Made by a program: the position numbers and the translations under genes. 64,000 bases of DNA, from NCBI GenBank assembly GCA_031257015.1, contig JAIRPK010000056.1, positions 14,116 to 78,115 on the forward strand, given 5' to 3'. Below, one piece after another: positions 42,654 to 51,599 of the stretch; the first letter of the stretch is position 1, and every line of letters starts with the position of its first letter. The DNA comes from Tannerellaceae bacterium. GTDB taxonomy: Bacteria; Bacteroidota; Bacteroidia; Bacteroidales; Tannerellaceae. A model generated the notes under the pieces. It saw nothing but the letters and a program-made list of their open reading frames with translations. It had not been told where the DNA came from and searched no databases.

Positions 42654-44270
42654 TCATCGGGCGTAACGGTTGATTCGCGGAGAGTGTCGCATGATTCTCG
42701 AAGAATCGGCTGATGTGCCGGCGTTCTCTTCCACAGTTTCCCAAGGCAGGATTCGGAGGCTGACGACAGCTTTGGGAGCTACTTTGGGAGCGGCGTAAAT
42801 ATTATCAAGGTCGGTAAGCCGGGGCGCTCCCAAATCGGTAAATTCCGTAATGGTTCCACGGTATTGCCGGTTGCGAATTATGCCGCCCTCGGCATTGTCG
42901 GACATGTCGAAGCGGTAGTAGCATACTCCGTTTTCGTATGTATCTATTTTCAGTATCTCCGGCTCATAGTTTGACAAATAGCCGGCATCGCTGTTTTTAT
43001 GCTCAAGGATATAGCTCACGCGCTTTGCATCATATATATTGCTGAAAAGGGAGCCGGGGGAAGATGACGGGGCGTTAAAGATTGTTTCGTCGATGAGCCT
43101 CCTGTCGAGAGCAGCTTTATAGGCCTCCGGGTTAAGGCGATGGAAAGTCATCGGCACGCGGTATGACATTAGCGTCACATCCAGCTTGCCTATTGCAACG
43201 TCAAACGTCGCGCTGCGGATAACCGTCATGTCTGCCGGAGTAAATTCCGCCTTGACGGCAATGTAAGTGCTGTTTCTCTCCTCGTCATAAACATTCTCCG
43301 GCACATAGTAATACTCCGGCAGCGAATCCACATCGGCCACCGGGATGTTTATCTCCCTACCCGTGAGATCATTCTTCCACCAGAAGACTTTGTAGAGGTC
43401 TGTCCACTCAGGATTATAACCCTCTGTGATGTTGTAAAACGGGGGCTGGAGCTTGCCGTTCACGTCCGTACTTCTGAACAGAGCCACTGCACGGCTTTGA
43501 TTCCTTACTCCCCAGTATATTTCACCGAACGTTCCGGCGATGCTTTCTGCGGAAGCGATTTCAGAACCGGAGGAATTGAACATGGTTACTTTCGCAAGCG
43601 TTCTTTGCAGCTCAATTGTAAAGCGGTTCGTCGTCGAATCTGCCTGTTCGTCCTGCGATGCTTCTGCGGATATGTCCGGATGCAAATTCCTCAAGCTCGA
43701 CGAATCTGACTGAGCATTGCTGAACACCATATAAGGCAAGGCCATGTCTGTATAATCCAGCGACACGAGGGGGAGCAGGTACAGCGACGCTCCGAAATCC
43801 GGCGTCCCGAAATCTATTTCGTGCAGGAACAATTTCCCGCCGCCGGCCATGGTTCGGGAGTCCAGCAGTTGAAGCAGGCTTTGACCTTTCTGGTTCGCGA
43901 AGCGCCAGGTCTTGTCATGCTCATTGGCGACGACGAATATGCGCTTGGCGCCGACGGTTACGAGAACGGTGGCTGACGCTGAATCGGAGGCCATAATGGT
44001 GGTGTCAACCTCGCAAAGGCCGAGATTGCCTGCCTTATGGGCGTATATCATTAATCGAAAGCTTTTAATTGAATCTTTTTCGCCGGCGTTGCCGACCAAG
44101 GCGGCTTTGGTGGCTCCTTCAACGGCGAAATCGAATGTTGCGAAGGTTAATGCCGGAGCAGGCTCGACTGTTTCTTCTTCCCATATAACCGGAACTTCCC
44201 TGACGGCGCAGCCCGACAAAATTACAGCTGCAATTGCAGCCGCGAACAGGGGTGTTAGATGGATATTCAT
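42654..44270 (-). CDS. Type V pilus Mfa1/FimA-like pilin, paralog 4, altered and extended C-terminus
   Basis: LSGC, ATKAAL, KRIFVVAN, LQRTLAKV, YYRFDM..IRNRQY; ends ILPWETVEENAGTSADSSRIMRHSPRINRYAR. Confidence 0.85.
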   Translation of the reverse strand: MNIHLTPLFAAAIAAVILSGCAVREVPVIWEEETVEPAPALTFATFDFAVEGATKAALVGNAGEKDSIKSFRLMIYAHKAGNLGLCEVDTTIMASDSASATVLVTVGAKRIFVVANEHDKTWRFANQKGQSLLQLLDSRTMAGGGKLFLHEIDFGTPDFGASLYLLPLVSLDYTDMALPYMVFSNAQSDSSSLRNLHPDISAEASQDEQADSTTNRFTIELQRTLAKVTMFNSSGSEIASAESIAGTFGEIYWGVRNQSRAVALFRSTDVNGKLQPPFYNITEGYNPEWTDLYKVFWWKNDLTGREINIPVADVDSLPEYYYVPENVYDEERNSTYIAVKAEFTPADMTVIRSATFDVAIGKLDVTLMSYRVPMTFHRLNPEAYKAALDRRLIDETIFNAPSSSPGSLFSNIYDAKRVSYILEHKNSDAGYLSNYEPEILKIDTYENGVCYYRFDMSDNAEGGIIRNRQYRGTITEFTDLGAPRLTDLDNIYAAPKVAPKAVVSLRILPWETVEENAGTSADSSRIMRHSPRINRYAR

Positions 44271-44379
44271 TGATTCATTTGAATTTAATCTTTTTATTCT
44301 TCAAAAACAATCGGGCTTTTACGGCTCGACCTTTAATTGCGAATTGTCAGCGATAAGAGAGGCTCGACGGACAACGGCA

Positions 44380-44387
44380 CAAATGTA
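44380..44387 (-). promoter_or_regulatory. -7 promoter box for pilin unit 2
   Basis: Minus strand TACATTTG followed by TGCCGTTG; same context as the box at 50353-50360. Confidence 0.7.
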
Positions 44388-44626
44388 GGGATAAAAACGG
44401 GCGCATCATACTGTTCTTATCTTTTCCCTGAAGCCTCTATTGCATAAACAGGCCATGTTTAACAATGCTTTCCTGCGCCATGATACTGCTGAAACCGACT
44501 GTTAACCAGAGTTATTCCGGGCGGGGGCGATTAGTTTCGCGCATGTTTTTTTTCTTGTTCCAGAACAGGTATAATTCATTTTGCTTGAAGCTATGAGTTC
44601 CATTTTTAAGCTTTCATGTATGCCAT

Positions 44627-45098
44627 GACATCTTCCGAAGATGTCTTGACATGTGGCGAACGTCTCTAAACATGTAATGAACGTCTTTAAAGACGTGACG
44701 AACGTCTCTAGACATGTAAAGAACGTCTTTAAAGACGTAACGAACGTCTCTAGACCTGTAATGAACGTCTTTAATGACGTGATGAACGTCTCTAGACATG
44801 TAATGAACGTCTTTAAAGACGTGACGAACGTCTCTAGACATGTAATGAACGTCTTTAAAGACGTGGCGAACGTCTCTAGACATGTAATGAACGTCTTTAA
44901 AGACGTAACGAACGTCTCTAGACATGTAATGAACGTCTTTAAAGACGTAATGAACGTCTCTAAAGACGTGGCGAACGTCTCTAGACATGTAATGAACGTC
45001 TTTAAAGCCGTAACGAACGTCTCTAGACATGTGGCGAACGTCTTTAAAGACGTGACGAACGTCTCTAGACATGTAATGAACGTCTTTAAAAAAGTTCG
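44627..45098. repeat. 21-bp tandem array, 21 units, mostly alternating A/B (42-bp higher order), palindromic
   Basis: GAACGTC every 21 bp from 44658 to 45078. A = GAACGTCTCTAGACATGTAAT, B = GAACGTCTTTAAAGACGTGAC. Confidence 0.97.
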
Positions 45099-45196
45099 AT
45101 GCTTCCTTAAAACAGAAAATAGATGCTCCGGTCTTTTGTTTTGGCCATCTGATGAGGCGCAAGGCAAAGGCTGCGTCTTAATCCTCTCCGCCGCAT

Positions 45197-45233
45197 AAAA
45201 AAACAGAGACGCGCCGTTCGTTGCGCGTCTCTA
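45197..45233 (-). terminator. Intrinsic terminator of pilin unit 1
   Basis: Minus strand AGAGACGCGC-N8-GCGCGTCTCT followed by GTTTTTTT. Confidence 0.85.
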
Positions 45234-45339
45234 TCCCTTGAGTCTAAACGTTGGGAGTAAGGGGCTGCCGGTTGTGCGGCTCGCCCTTTATCCCATGATT
45301 CTTTACCGTAGCATCTACATACGGTCTTTGTGCTTCCGA

Positions 45340-46929
45340 TTATTTCTTCAGCTCGACATCAACTATCACCCACGGCAATATCTCTACGGTAGCCGTGGCA
45401 TGGGTGCCGGCCGGCCCGCCTTCAGGCGTGGTTTTGAAATCGTCGAGGAGGGAAAGCCTGGGCAGACCGATGCCGCGAAAATTGGTTATCCGTCCACGGT
45501 ATTGCTTGTTACGCAACAGGCCGCCGTCTTTGTTGTCCGCTATGTCGAAGCGGTAATAGCATGTGCCGCCTTCATACGTTTCTATCTTTAGTCTGATTGG
45601 CTTATAATCGGCCTGATAACCGACAGCGGTGCCTTGTTCGAGGAAATAAATTAAGCGCCTGGCAATATCCTTGGTGGGGAATGTGGCTTTTTTATGAAGT
45701 TGTCCATTGAATGCGCTCTCGTCAATCGTCAAATTGGCGGCTTCCTCAGTTTCTGGTGGATAATCATAATTGACGCTGTAATATGTCACACCCTTGTCAA
45801 TATTCTTATAGCTGGTGCCGGTTATCTTATGCGAAGCCTCATCAACGGTAAAACCTGTAACTACAACATTTGGTTTGAAATTGGCCTTAACCACAATGTA
45901 GGTGCTATTCCCTGCCTTATCATAAAGATTCTCCGGAACATAATAATTCGACGAAACAGAGTTTCCGAGAGGTATGTTTATTTCCGCTCCGGATTCATCG
46001 CCTGCCCACCAGTACGGATTGTAGATCGACCAGTCCGTATCGTCCAAACCATCCAGTACGTTGAGGAACGGTGGCTGCACCTTGCCGCTCCCGTCAACAA
46101 GCTTGAATATGGAAATAGCCCGGCTCTGGTTCCTTACGCCCCAGTAGGTGTCTGACAACGCTCCATCTTCGTGGCGCTGACCGGTTCCAGTACTATAACT
46201 TGTAGTATAAATACCCACTTTAGCGACTGTCCGTTGCAGAACCATCCTGAAATGATTGGAGCGTTCCGTTGCGGTATCGGCTTGCGACTGTGCGAGAGTG
46301 ATGTCCGGCAGGATTTCAAACAGGTTAGGCCATTCCGCTGTTGCACTGGTTGGTAAAGCAGCCTGTGCATTGCTGAAAATCATATCGGGCGTTGCGATGC
46401 TGGAGTAGTCCAGGGATGTTAGAGGCTCGGCCGTCCCGGCGCTCAGGGCTGGTTCTCCGAAATTAATATCGTGCAGGGCGAGTTTTCCTCCGCTGGCGGC
46501 TGTCCGTTCTTCCAGCAACTTGGAGAGGGCATTGCCTTTCTGGTTGGGAATACGCCAGCTCTTGCTGTAATCGTTTGCGATTACAAGAATGTATTTCCAC
46601 CCGGATTCGAGAGAGAGGGCGGCGGATTCGCTATCGTTGGTCATGATGGTGGTATCAATCTCGCATGAGCCGGTTGAGTTGCTCAGGCGTTTGTATATCA
46701 TCAATCGTATGCTCTTGATGGAATCTTTCTCGGCGGCATCACCGGCTAACGGGGCCTTGGTGACTCCATCGACGGAAAATGAGAACGTGGCGTAGCTTGG
46801 AACGCCGGCTGACGGGGTTTCTTCTTCTTCAAAAGCGACAGGCGCTTCCTTGACTGCACAGCTTGACAGCATTGTGGCGGCGATAGTGGCAGCGAAAACA
46901 GATAATAGATGTTTAGTCATTCTTTTCAT
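45340..46929 (-). CDS. Type V pilus Mfa1/FimA-like pilin, paralog 3
   Basis: LSSC, VTKAPL, LQRTVAKV, YWGVRNQSRA, YYRFDI..LLRNKQY and ILPWVIVDVELKK. Confidence 0.85.
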   Translation of the reverse strand: MKRMTKHLLSVFAATIAATMLSSCAVKEAPVAFEEEETPSAGVPSYATFSFSVDGVTKAPLAGDAAEKDSIKSIRLMIYKRLSNSTGSCEIDTTIMTNDSESAALSLESGWKYILVIANDYSKSWRIPNQKGNALSKLLEERTAASGGKLALHDINFGEPALSAGTAEPLTSLDYSSIATPDMIFSNAQAALPTSATAEWPNLFEILPDITLAQSQADTATERSNHFRMVLQRTVAKVGIYTTSYSTGTGQRHEDGALSDTYWGVRNQSRAISIFKLVDGSGKVQPPFLNVLDGLDDTDWSIYNPYWWAGDESGAEINIPLGNSVSSNYYVPENLYDKAGNSTYIVVKANFKPNVVVTGFTVDEASHKITGTSYKNIDKGVTYYSVNYDYPPETEEAANLTIDESAFNGQLHKKATFPTKDIARRLIYFLEQGTAVGYQADYKPIRLKIETYEGGTCYYRFDIADNKDGGLLRNKQYRGRITNFRGIGLPRLSLLDDFKTTPEGGPAGTHATATVEILPWVIVDVELKK

Positions 46930-46961
46930 TGTGTGAAATAGTTTTTATTATTAATATTAAA

Positions 46962-48518
46962 TTACTTTAGGTCAACAGTAACTGTCTCCCACGGCAATAT
47001 CAGTATGGTTGCGCTTGCATGTGTCGAGCTTTGAGCAACCGTCGGGATTTCGTCAAGTTCGTCAGGCCTGGAGAATCCCAGTTTAGTGAACTCCGTTATC
47101 CTTCCAAGATATTGTTTGTTGCGCAGCAAGCCTCCGTCGGTATTGTCGGAGATGTTGAAGCGATAGTAGCAGACGCCGTTAGTATAGGTATCAATTTTTA
47201 GTTTCTCAGGAGTATAGCCGGCTGTCCACAATGCAGGGCTACCGGAATGTTCAAGCATGCAGGCAATCAGTGTTGCATCGTCCTGTTTGGCAAAAACCAG
47301 TCCTTCGATGTCGGAATATGAGCCGAGAGAGGAGTAATTCACGCCGGATGAGGCTAACGATGCAGGATTAATGCGGTAGAATGTTGCGGGGGCAGTTGTC
47401 GTGCCTTTCTCAATCGAGGTAATACTCTGGACAACTCCGTCTTCCTCGTCGTAAGCAATCGACTTGACCAGATTATTGGCTGCCGGGATGAATGAAGCCT
47501 TTGCTGCAATGTAGGTGCTGTTACCCATGGTTCCGAACACATTCTCCGGGACATAATAGTATCTCTCCTCATCGCCTTCGGCGTTCACCGTAAGGTTTAT
47601 CTCCACGCCCGTCTGGTCGCCCGTCCACCAGTATGGCTTATAGATCGTAACATTAGTGAGGTCGAGGCCTGCCAGGACGTTGTAGAGAGGTGAGCGAACC
47701 TTTCCGTCTGCTCCTGTTTCCTTAAACAGAGCTACTGCCCGGTTCTGGTTCCTTACGCCCCAGAATAGATTGCTCAGACCTCCACTCAGAGATTCTGCAT
47801 TAATGTTCATCGAGGCGGCTACATTATTGACGGTAACTTTCGCAACAACTCTCTGCACTGGGATTGTGAAATGATTCTTCGACGCATCGGCTGTTTCGCT
47901 CTGGGATTCCTCCAGCGAGATGTCCGGCAGAACCGTAAAGATGCTCGACGACGTTGCCTGCGAATTGCAAAAGACCATTTTGGGTGTCACAATGCTGGAA
48001 TAGTTTAACGCTGTAAGTGCTGCGGGCGGCGTCCCTGCCAGTAGAGGCGTTCCGAAATCAATCTCATGCAGGAAGAGTTTGTTTCCGCTTGTCTCCGTCT
48101 TTGTCCCAATCAAATCCGTTAACGCTCGTCCTACTTGTCCTGATAGAAATGAGTTCACGCCTGGTTCGTTAGCAATCACGAAGATGCGCTTTGCTCCTGG
48201 GCTGACTTTTAGCGATGACGTCCTTGTGGAAGTAGTCGTAAGATTTGTATCAATCTCACAGATGCCGGAATTATCCCCTGCGTGAGCGTAAATCAGCAAG
48301 CGGATTTTTGCAATATCGCTCGTCTCGTTCTCGTCACTCGTAAGAGGAGCCTTGGTTTCTCCCTCAATGTTGACGTCAAGCGTCATATAGGTGGCATCAC
48401 TTGTCGGTTCAGGAGTTTCTTCCTCAATAGAAACGGGAGTTTCCTTAACCGAACAACTCGATAGAAAAGCAGCAGCTACGGCTGCAAACAAAAAAGAAAG
48501 CAGATTTTTTTTCATCAT
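46962..48518 (-). CDS. Type V pilus Mfa1/FimA-like pilin, paralog 2
   Basis: LSSC, ETKAPL, KRIFVIAN, VQRVVAKV, YYRFNI..LLRNKQY and ILPWETVTVDLK. Confidence 0.85.
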   Translation of the reverse strand: MMKKNLLSFLFAAVAAAFLSSCSVKETPVSIEEETPEPTSDATYMTLDVNIEGETKAPLTSDENETSDIAKIRLLIYAHAGDNSGICEIDTNLTTTSTRTSSLKVSPGAKRIFVIANEPGVNSFLSGQVGRALTDLIGTKTETSGNKLFLHEIDFGTPLLAGTPPAALTALNYSSIVTPKMVFCNSQATSSSIFTVLPDISLEESQSETADASKNHFTIPVQRVVAKVTVNNVAASMNINAESLSGGLSNLFWGVRNQNRAVALFKETGADGKVRSPLYNVLAGLDLTNVTIYKPYWWTGDQTGVEINLTVNAEGDEERYYYVPENVFGTMGNSTYIAAKASFIPAANNLVKSIAYDEEDGVVQSITSIEKGTTTAPATFYRINPASLASSGVNYSSLGSYSDIEGLVFAKQDDATLIACMLEHSGSPALWTAGYTPEKLKIDTYTNGVCYYRFNISDNTDGGLLRNKQYLGRITEFTKLGFSRPDELDEIPTVAQSSTHASATILILPWETVTVDLK

Positions 48519-48699
48519 TTGAATTTAATAGATATGTTTATGTATAGCGCGGACTTGTTATAAATGTTCTCTTAAGCCTTGAGATGCCAGGCACCACATT
48601 GCGGAACTTCAACGTCATGCGTCTCTCCACAAGAAATAGCCATTCTGCCTCAAAAGTCTAATCGAAAAAGAACAATCTTTAGGAGTCCGTTAGTATTTG

Positions 48700-50238
48700 T
48701 CATTTTAAGTCCAGTACCAGCGTATCCCAGGACATAATCTGCACCCCGGACGCTCCCTGTCTCCCACCGATAGACATCGGCTTAATCTCGTCAAGCAGTT
48801 CTATCCGTGCAGCTCCCACTCCTCCAAAGGAGGTAATCTTCCCTCGATACTGTTTATTGCGCAGCAGCCCTCCGTCGGCATTGTTCGATATGTCAAAGCG
48901 ATAGTATGAAATGCCGTTCTCGTGCGTTTCAATCTTCAGCCTCACCGGTTCATAGCCTGCAGGATAAGACGAAATGTCGCCGTCATGCTCAAGGAAATAG
49001 GCAACGCGCCTTGCTTCCTCGATATTCGTAAACGGCTGCCCGACGGCAATCAAATTATTGAGCCGGAAAAGATCAATCGTTATAGCGGATGCTTCCTCCG
49101 TTTCTGGCGAAGCATTATAATTAATGGTATAGTAAGTCTGATGTGCAGGAAGCCTTAGCGTCTCAACGTCCGAAACTGTCCCCTTGTCTTCGTTAAAAAA
49201 AACTCTGTCAATGCAGTATGCCGGTTTGAAATTCGCCTTGACCACAATATAGGTACTGTTCCCCGTGCTGCCATAAACATTCTCCGGGACATAATAATAA
49301 TTCGCCACTGATGCTCCCAGATCCATTGGGATGTTCACATCCTCGCCTGCCACATCGCCCGTCCACCAGTACGGTTTATAGTCCGAAATATCTGAAGGCC
49401 ACGACAAGTCGAAGAACGGCGGACTCACCCTGCCTCCTTCGACAGTCTTGCGGAATAGCGCTACTGCCCTGTTCTGATTCCTTACACCCCAGTAGAGGTC
49501 ATCATAATCTCCGCTGATATAATCGTTCTCCGTATAATTCAAGTTCGCAGCACAGAAAACCGTCACCTTCGCCACAGCCCTTTGCATACTAATCCTGAAA
49601 TGATTCTTCAACGAATCCCCCGGACTGTTCAGCGTTTCCTCCTGCGACACATTCGGAAGCACTGTGCGAATGCTCGCCGAATCCGCTTGCGAATTACTAA
49701 AGACCATATAAGGTTTAACAAGGTCAGAATAGTCCACCGACGTAAGCGGCTCAATAAGCTCTGAGCTGCTAAGAGCTGGCGTTCCGAAATCAATCTCATG
49801 CAAGAACAAATGACCACCCCTTGCGGGATTTTTGTCAATAATCATCTCCCTCAGGCTATGCCCCTTCTGGTTCGGGATGCGCCAGGACTTGTCGTGCTCG
49901 TTGGCAATAACGAAAATGCGCTTCTCTCCTGGACTGACCGGGATAGCCACAGAAGCGGTCATATATGTGGTGTCCACTTCGCAAACACCATCATTCCCGG
50001 TTGTATGCTCATATATCATCATGCGTGTGCTAAGGAGCGATTCAGACTCGTCAGCGTCGCTCGTCATCGAAGTCTTGGAAGTTCCTGCAACGGAGAAGCT
50101 GAACGTAGCGTAGGTAACATCCTTCGCAGACACATCTCCTTCTCCCGCCCATCCAACGAGAGTTTCCTTCACCGTACAACTTGACAAAACCGCAACTGCA
50201 ACGGTAGCCTTAAGCAAATAGGTTAGATAGAATTTCAT
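48700..50238 (-). CDS. Type V pilus Mfa1/FimA-like pilin, paralog 1
   Basis: LSSC, TSKTSM, KRIFVIAN, MQRAVAKV, YYRFDI..LLRNKQY and IMSWDTLVLDLK. Confidence 0.85.
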   Translation of the reverse strand: MKFYLTYLLKATVAVAVLSSCTVKETLVGWAGEGDVSAKDVTYATFSFSVAGTSKTSMTSDADESESLLSTRMMIYEHTTGNDGVCEVDTTYMTASVAIPVSPGEKRIFVIANEHDKSWRIPNQKGHSLREMIIDKNPARGGHLFLHEIDFGTPALSSSELIEPLTSVDYSDLVKPYMVFSNSQADSASIRTVLPNVSQEETLNSPGDSLKNHFRISMQRAVAKVTVFCAANLNYTENDYISGDYDDLYWGVRNQNRAVALFRKTVEGGRVSPPFFDLSWPSDISDYKPYWWTGDVAGEDVNIPMDLGASVANYYYVPENVYGSTGNSTYIVVKANFKPAYCIDRVFFNEDKGTVSDVETLRLPAHQTYYTINYNASPETEEASAITIDLFRLNNLIAVGQPFTNIEEARRVAYFLEHDGDISSYPAGYEPVRLKIETHENGISYYRFDISNNADGGLLRNKQYRGKITSFGGVGAARIELLDEIKPMSIGGRQGASGVQIMSWDTLVLDLK

Positions 50239-50352
50239 TTTTCATTTGAATTTAACAGAAATTTATACATTTCAAAACAAATCGGCTCTTTTCAACGCAG
50301 CCTTTACTTTTCAACTCTGCCTGCTGAATTTGATTATCATCAAGCAACGGCG

Positions 50353-50360
50353 CAAAATTA
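50353..50360 (-). promoter_or_regulatory. -7 promoter box for pilin unit 1
   Basis: Minus strand TAATTTTG followed by CGCCGTTG, about 115 nt upstream of the start codon. Confidence 0.7.
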
Positions 50361-50807
50361 GGAGAAAAAATAACTCTTAATACATTTTTTCATGGAAATT
50401 TTCGTTGAATTTGTCAAGCCTCTAATAATCAGCAATTAATTTATACCTCATTTAATATAAGGCGATTAGCCTCTTTTTATCCCACAACACTTTTGTAACA
50501 GTTTCGCTATGATTGCTATGTAAATCAACCTCTTATTAAGACATTCTTGTCATTCCTCGCAACATTAAATATCCTCCTATGAAAAATCTCATGATACTCC
50601 CTGCACCAGCTATTAATATGCCCGTTGAGCAACCAGAATTTTAATACTACAAAAAAAAGCTTATCACTCACTGCAAAATAATCATACAGTCACTCCAACA
50701 AATTCGATGTTAATGTTTACATTTTTTACCTTAGTGCTAAAAATGAAAATGAAAAGACCTGATTTTTTATAAAAAAACTATATTTGCGGATTGATAATAA
50801 ACAAGAA

Positions 50808-51353
50808 ATGGACAGCCTGGAAATCATAAACAGACATTATTCGAATAACCCTAAAGCCAAGGAATTGGTCATTGAGCATGGCCGCGACGTGGCCCGTAAA
50901 GCTCTCGATATTATATGCCGTCGTCCAGATCTCTGCGTAGACCCCATATTTATCAAACACGCCGCCGTTATCCATGACATAGGTATCATATTCTGTAATG
51001 CCCCTGAATTTTACTGTTTCGGTGAAGCCAACTACATTTGCCACGGCTACCTTGGTTCCCAGGTTGTATCCAGAGAAGGCTTCCCTGCATACGCTCTCAT
51101 CTGCGAGCGCCATACTGGCACAGGCATTACCGTCGAGGAAATCCTCCGGCGTAATCTTCCCATCCCCTGCCGAGAAATGCTACCCGTAACAATCGAAGAA
51201 AAGCTGATATGCTACGCAGACAAATTCTTCAGCAAAGGTAATATCGGCAAGGAACGCTCTCTCGCCAAAGTCCGTGAGAAAATCGCCAAGCACGGCGAGG
51301 ACGCCATCCTACGCTTCGAACAATTGCACAACTTATTTGAAGGCATTGCCTAA
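50808..51353 (+). CDS. HD/HDIG-domain phosphohydrolase
   Basis: H...V, IHDIG, HGYLG, ERHTGTG and YADKF motifs. Start set at the ATG at 50808 because the TTG at 50784 lies inside a TATATTTG box (50779-50786). Confidence 0.9.
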   Translation: MDSLEIINRHYSNNPKAKELVIEHGRDVARKALDIICRRPDLCVDPIFIKHAAVIHDIGIIFCNAPEFYCFGEANYICHGYLGSQVVSREGFPAYALICERHTGTGITVEEILRRNLPIPCREMLPVTIEEKLICYADKFFSKGNIGKERSLAKVREKIAKHGEDAILRFEQLHNLFEGIA

Positions 51354-51599
51354 AAAATCAGCCTCCTCAATGCCACCTTATGCTGGGAATTTAAGCCTCT
51401 ATCGCCGGTTCCTATCTTCATCATAAGTATCCTAACGCAACTCATAAGAGCAGATAAAGGCGCCTTCCCATGACCCTCAACCAAAGGTGCAGGACTGCCA
51501 GAAAAGTAGTTGTGATGTACTCGAATATCAAATTTATTATATCTTTGTGCCCGCAAATGAATATAATCAAATATAAACAATTCAAAATAGAATAAATAG

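Noticed and set aside
40962-50238. Pilin paralogs as silent cassettes or a shufflon
   Set aside because: Each is full length with its own lipoprotein signal, all are co-oriented, nucleotide identity is visibly low, and no recombinase or shared crossover repeat was found.
50360-50780. Invertible promoter upstream of the pilin cluster (also checked 44280-44500)
   Set aside because: Only short (7-9 bp) or wrongly ordered inverted matches were found; nothing comparable to the 24-bp pair at 8062-8204.
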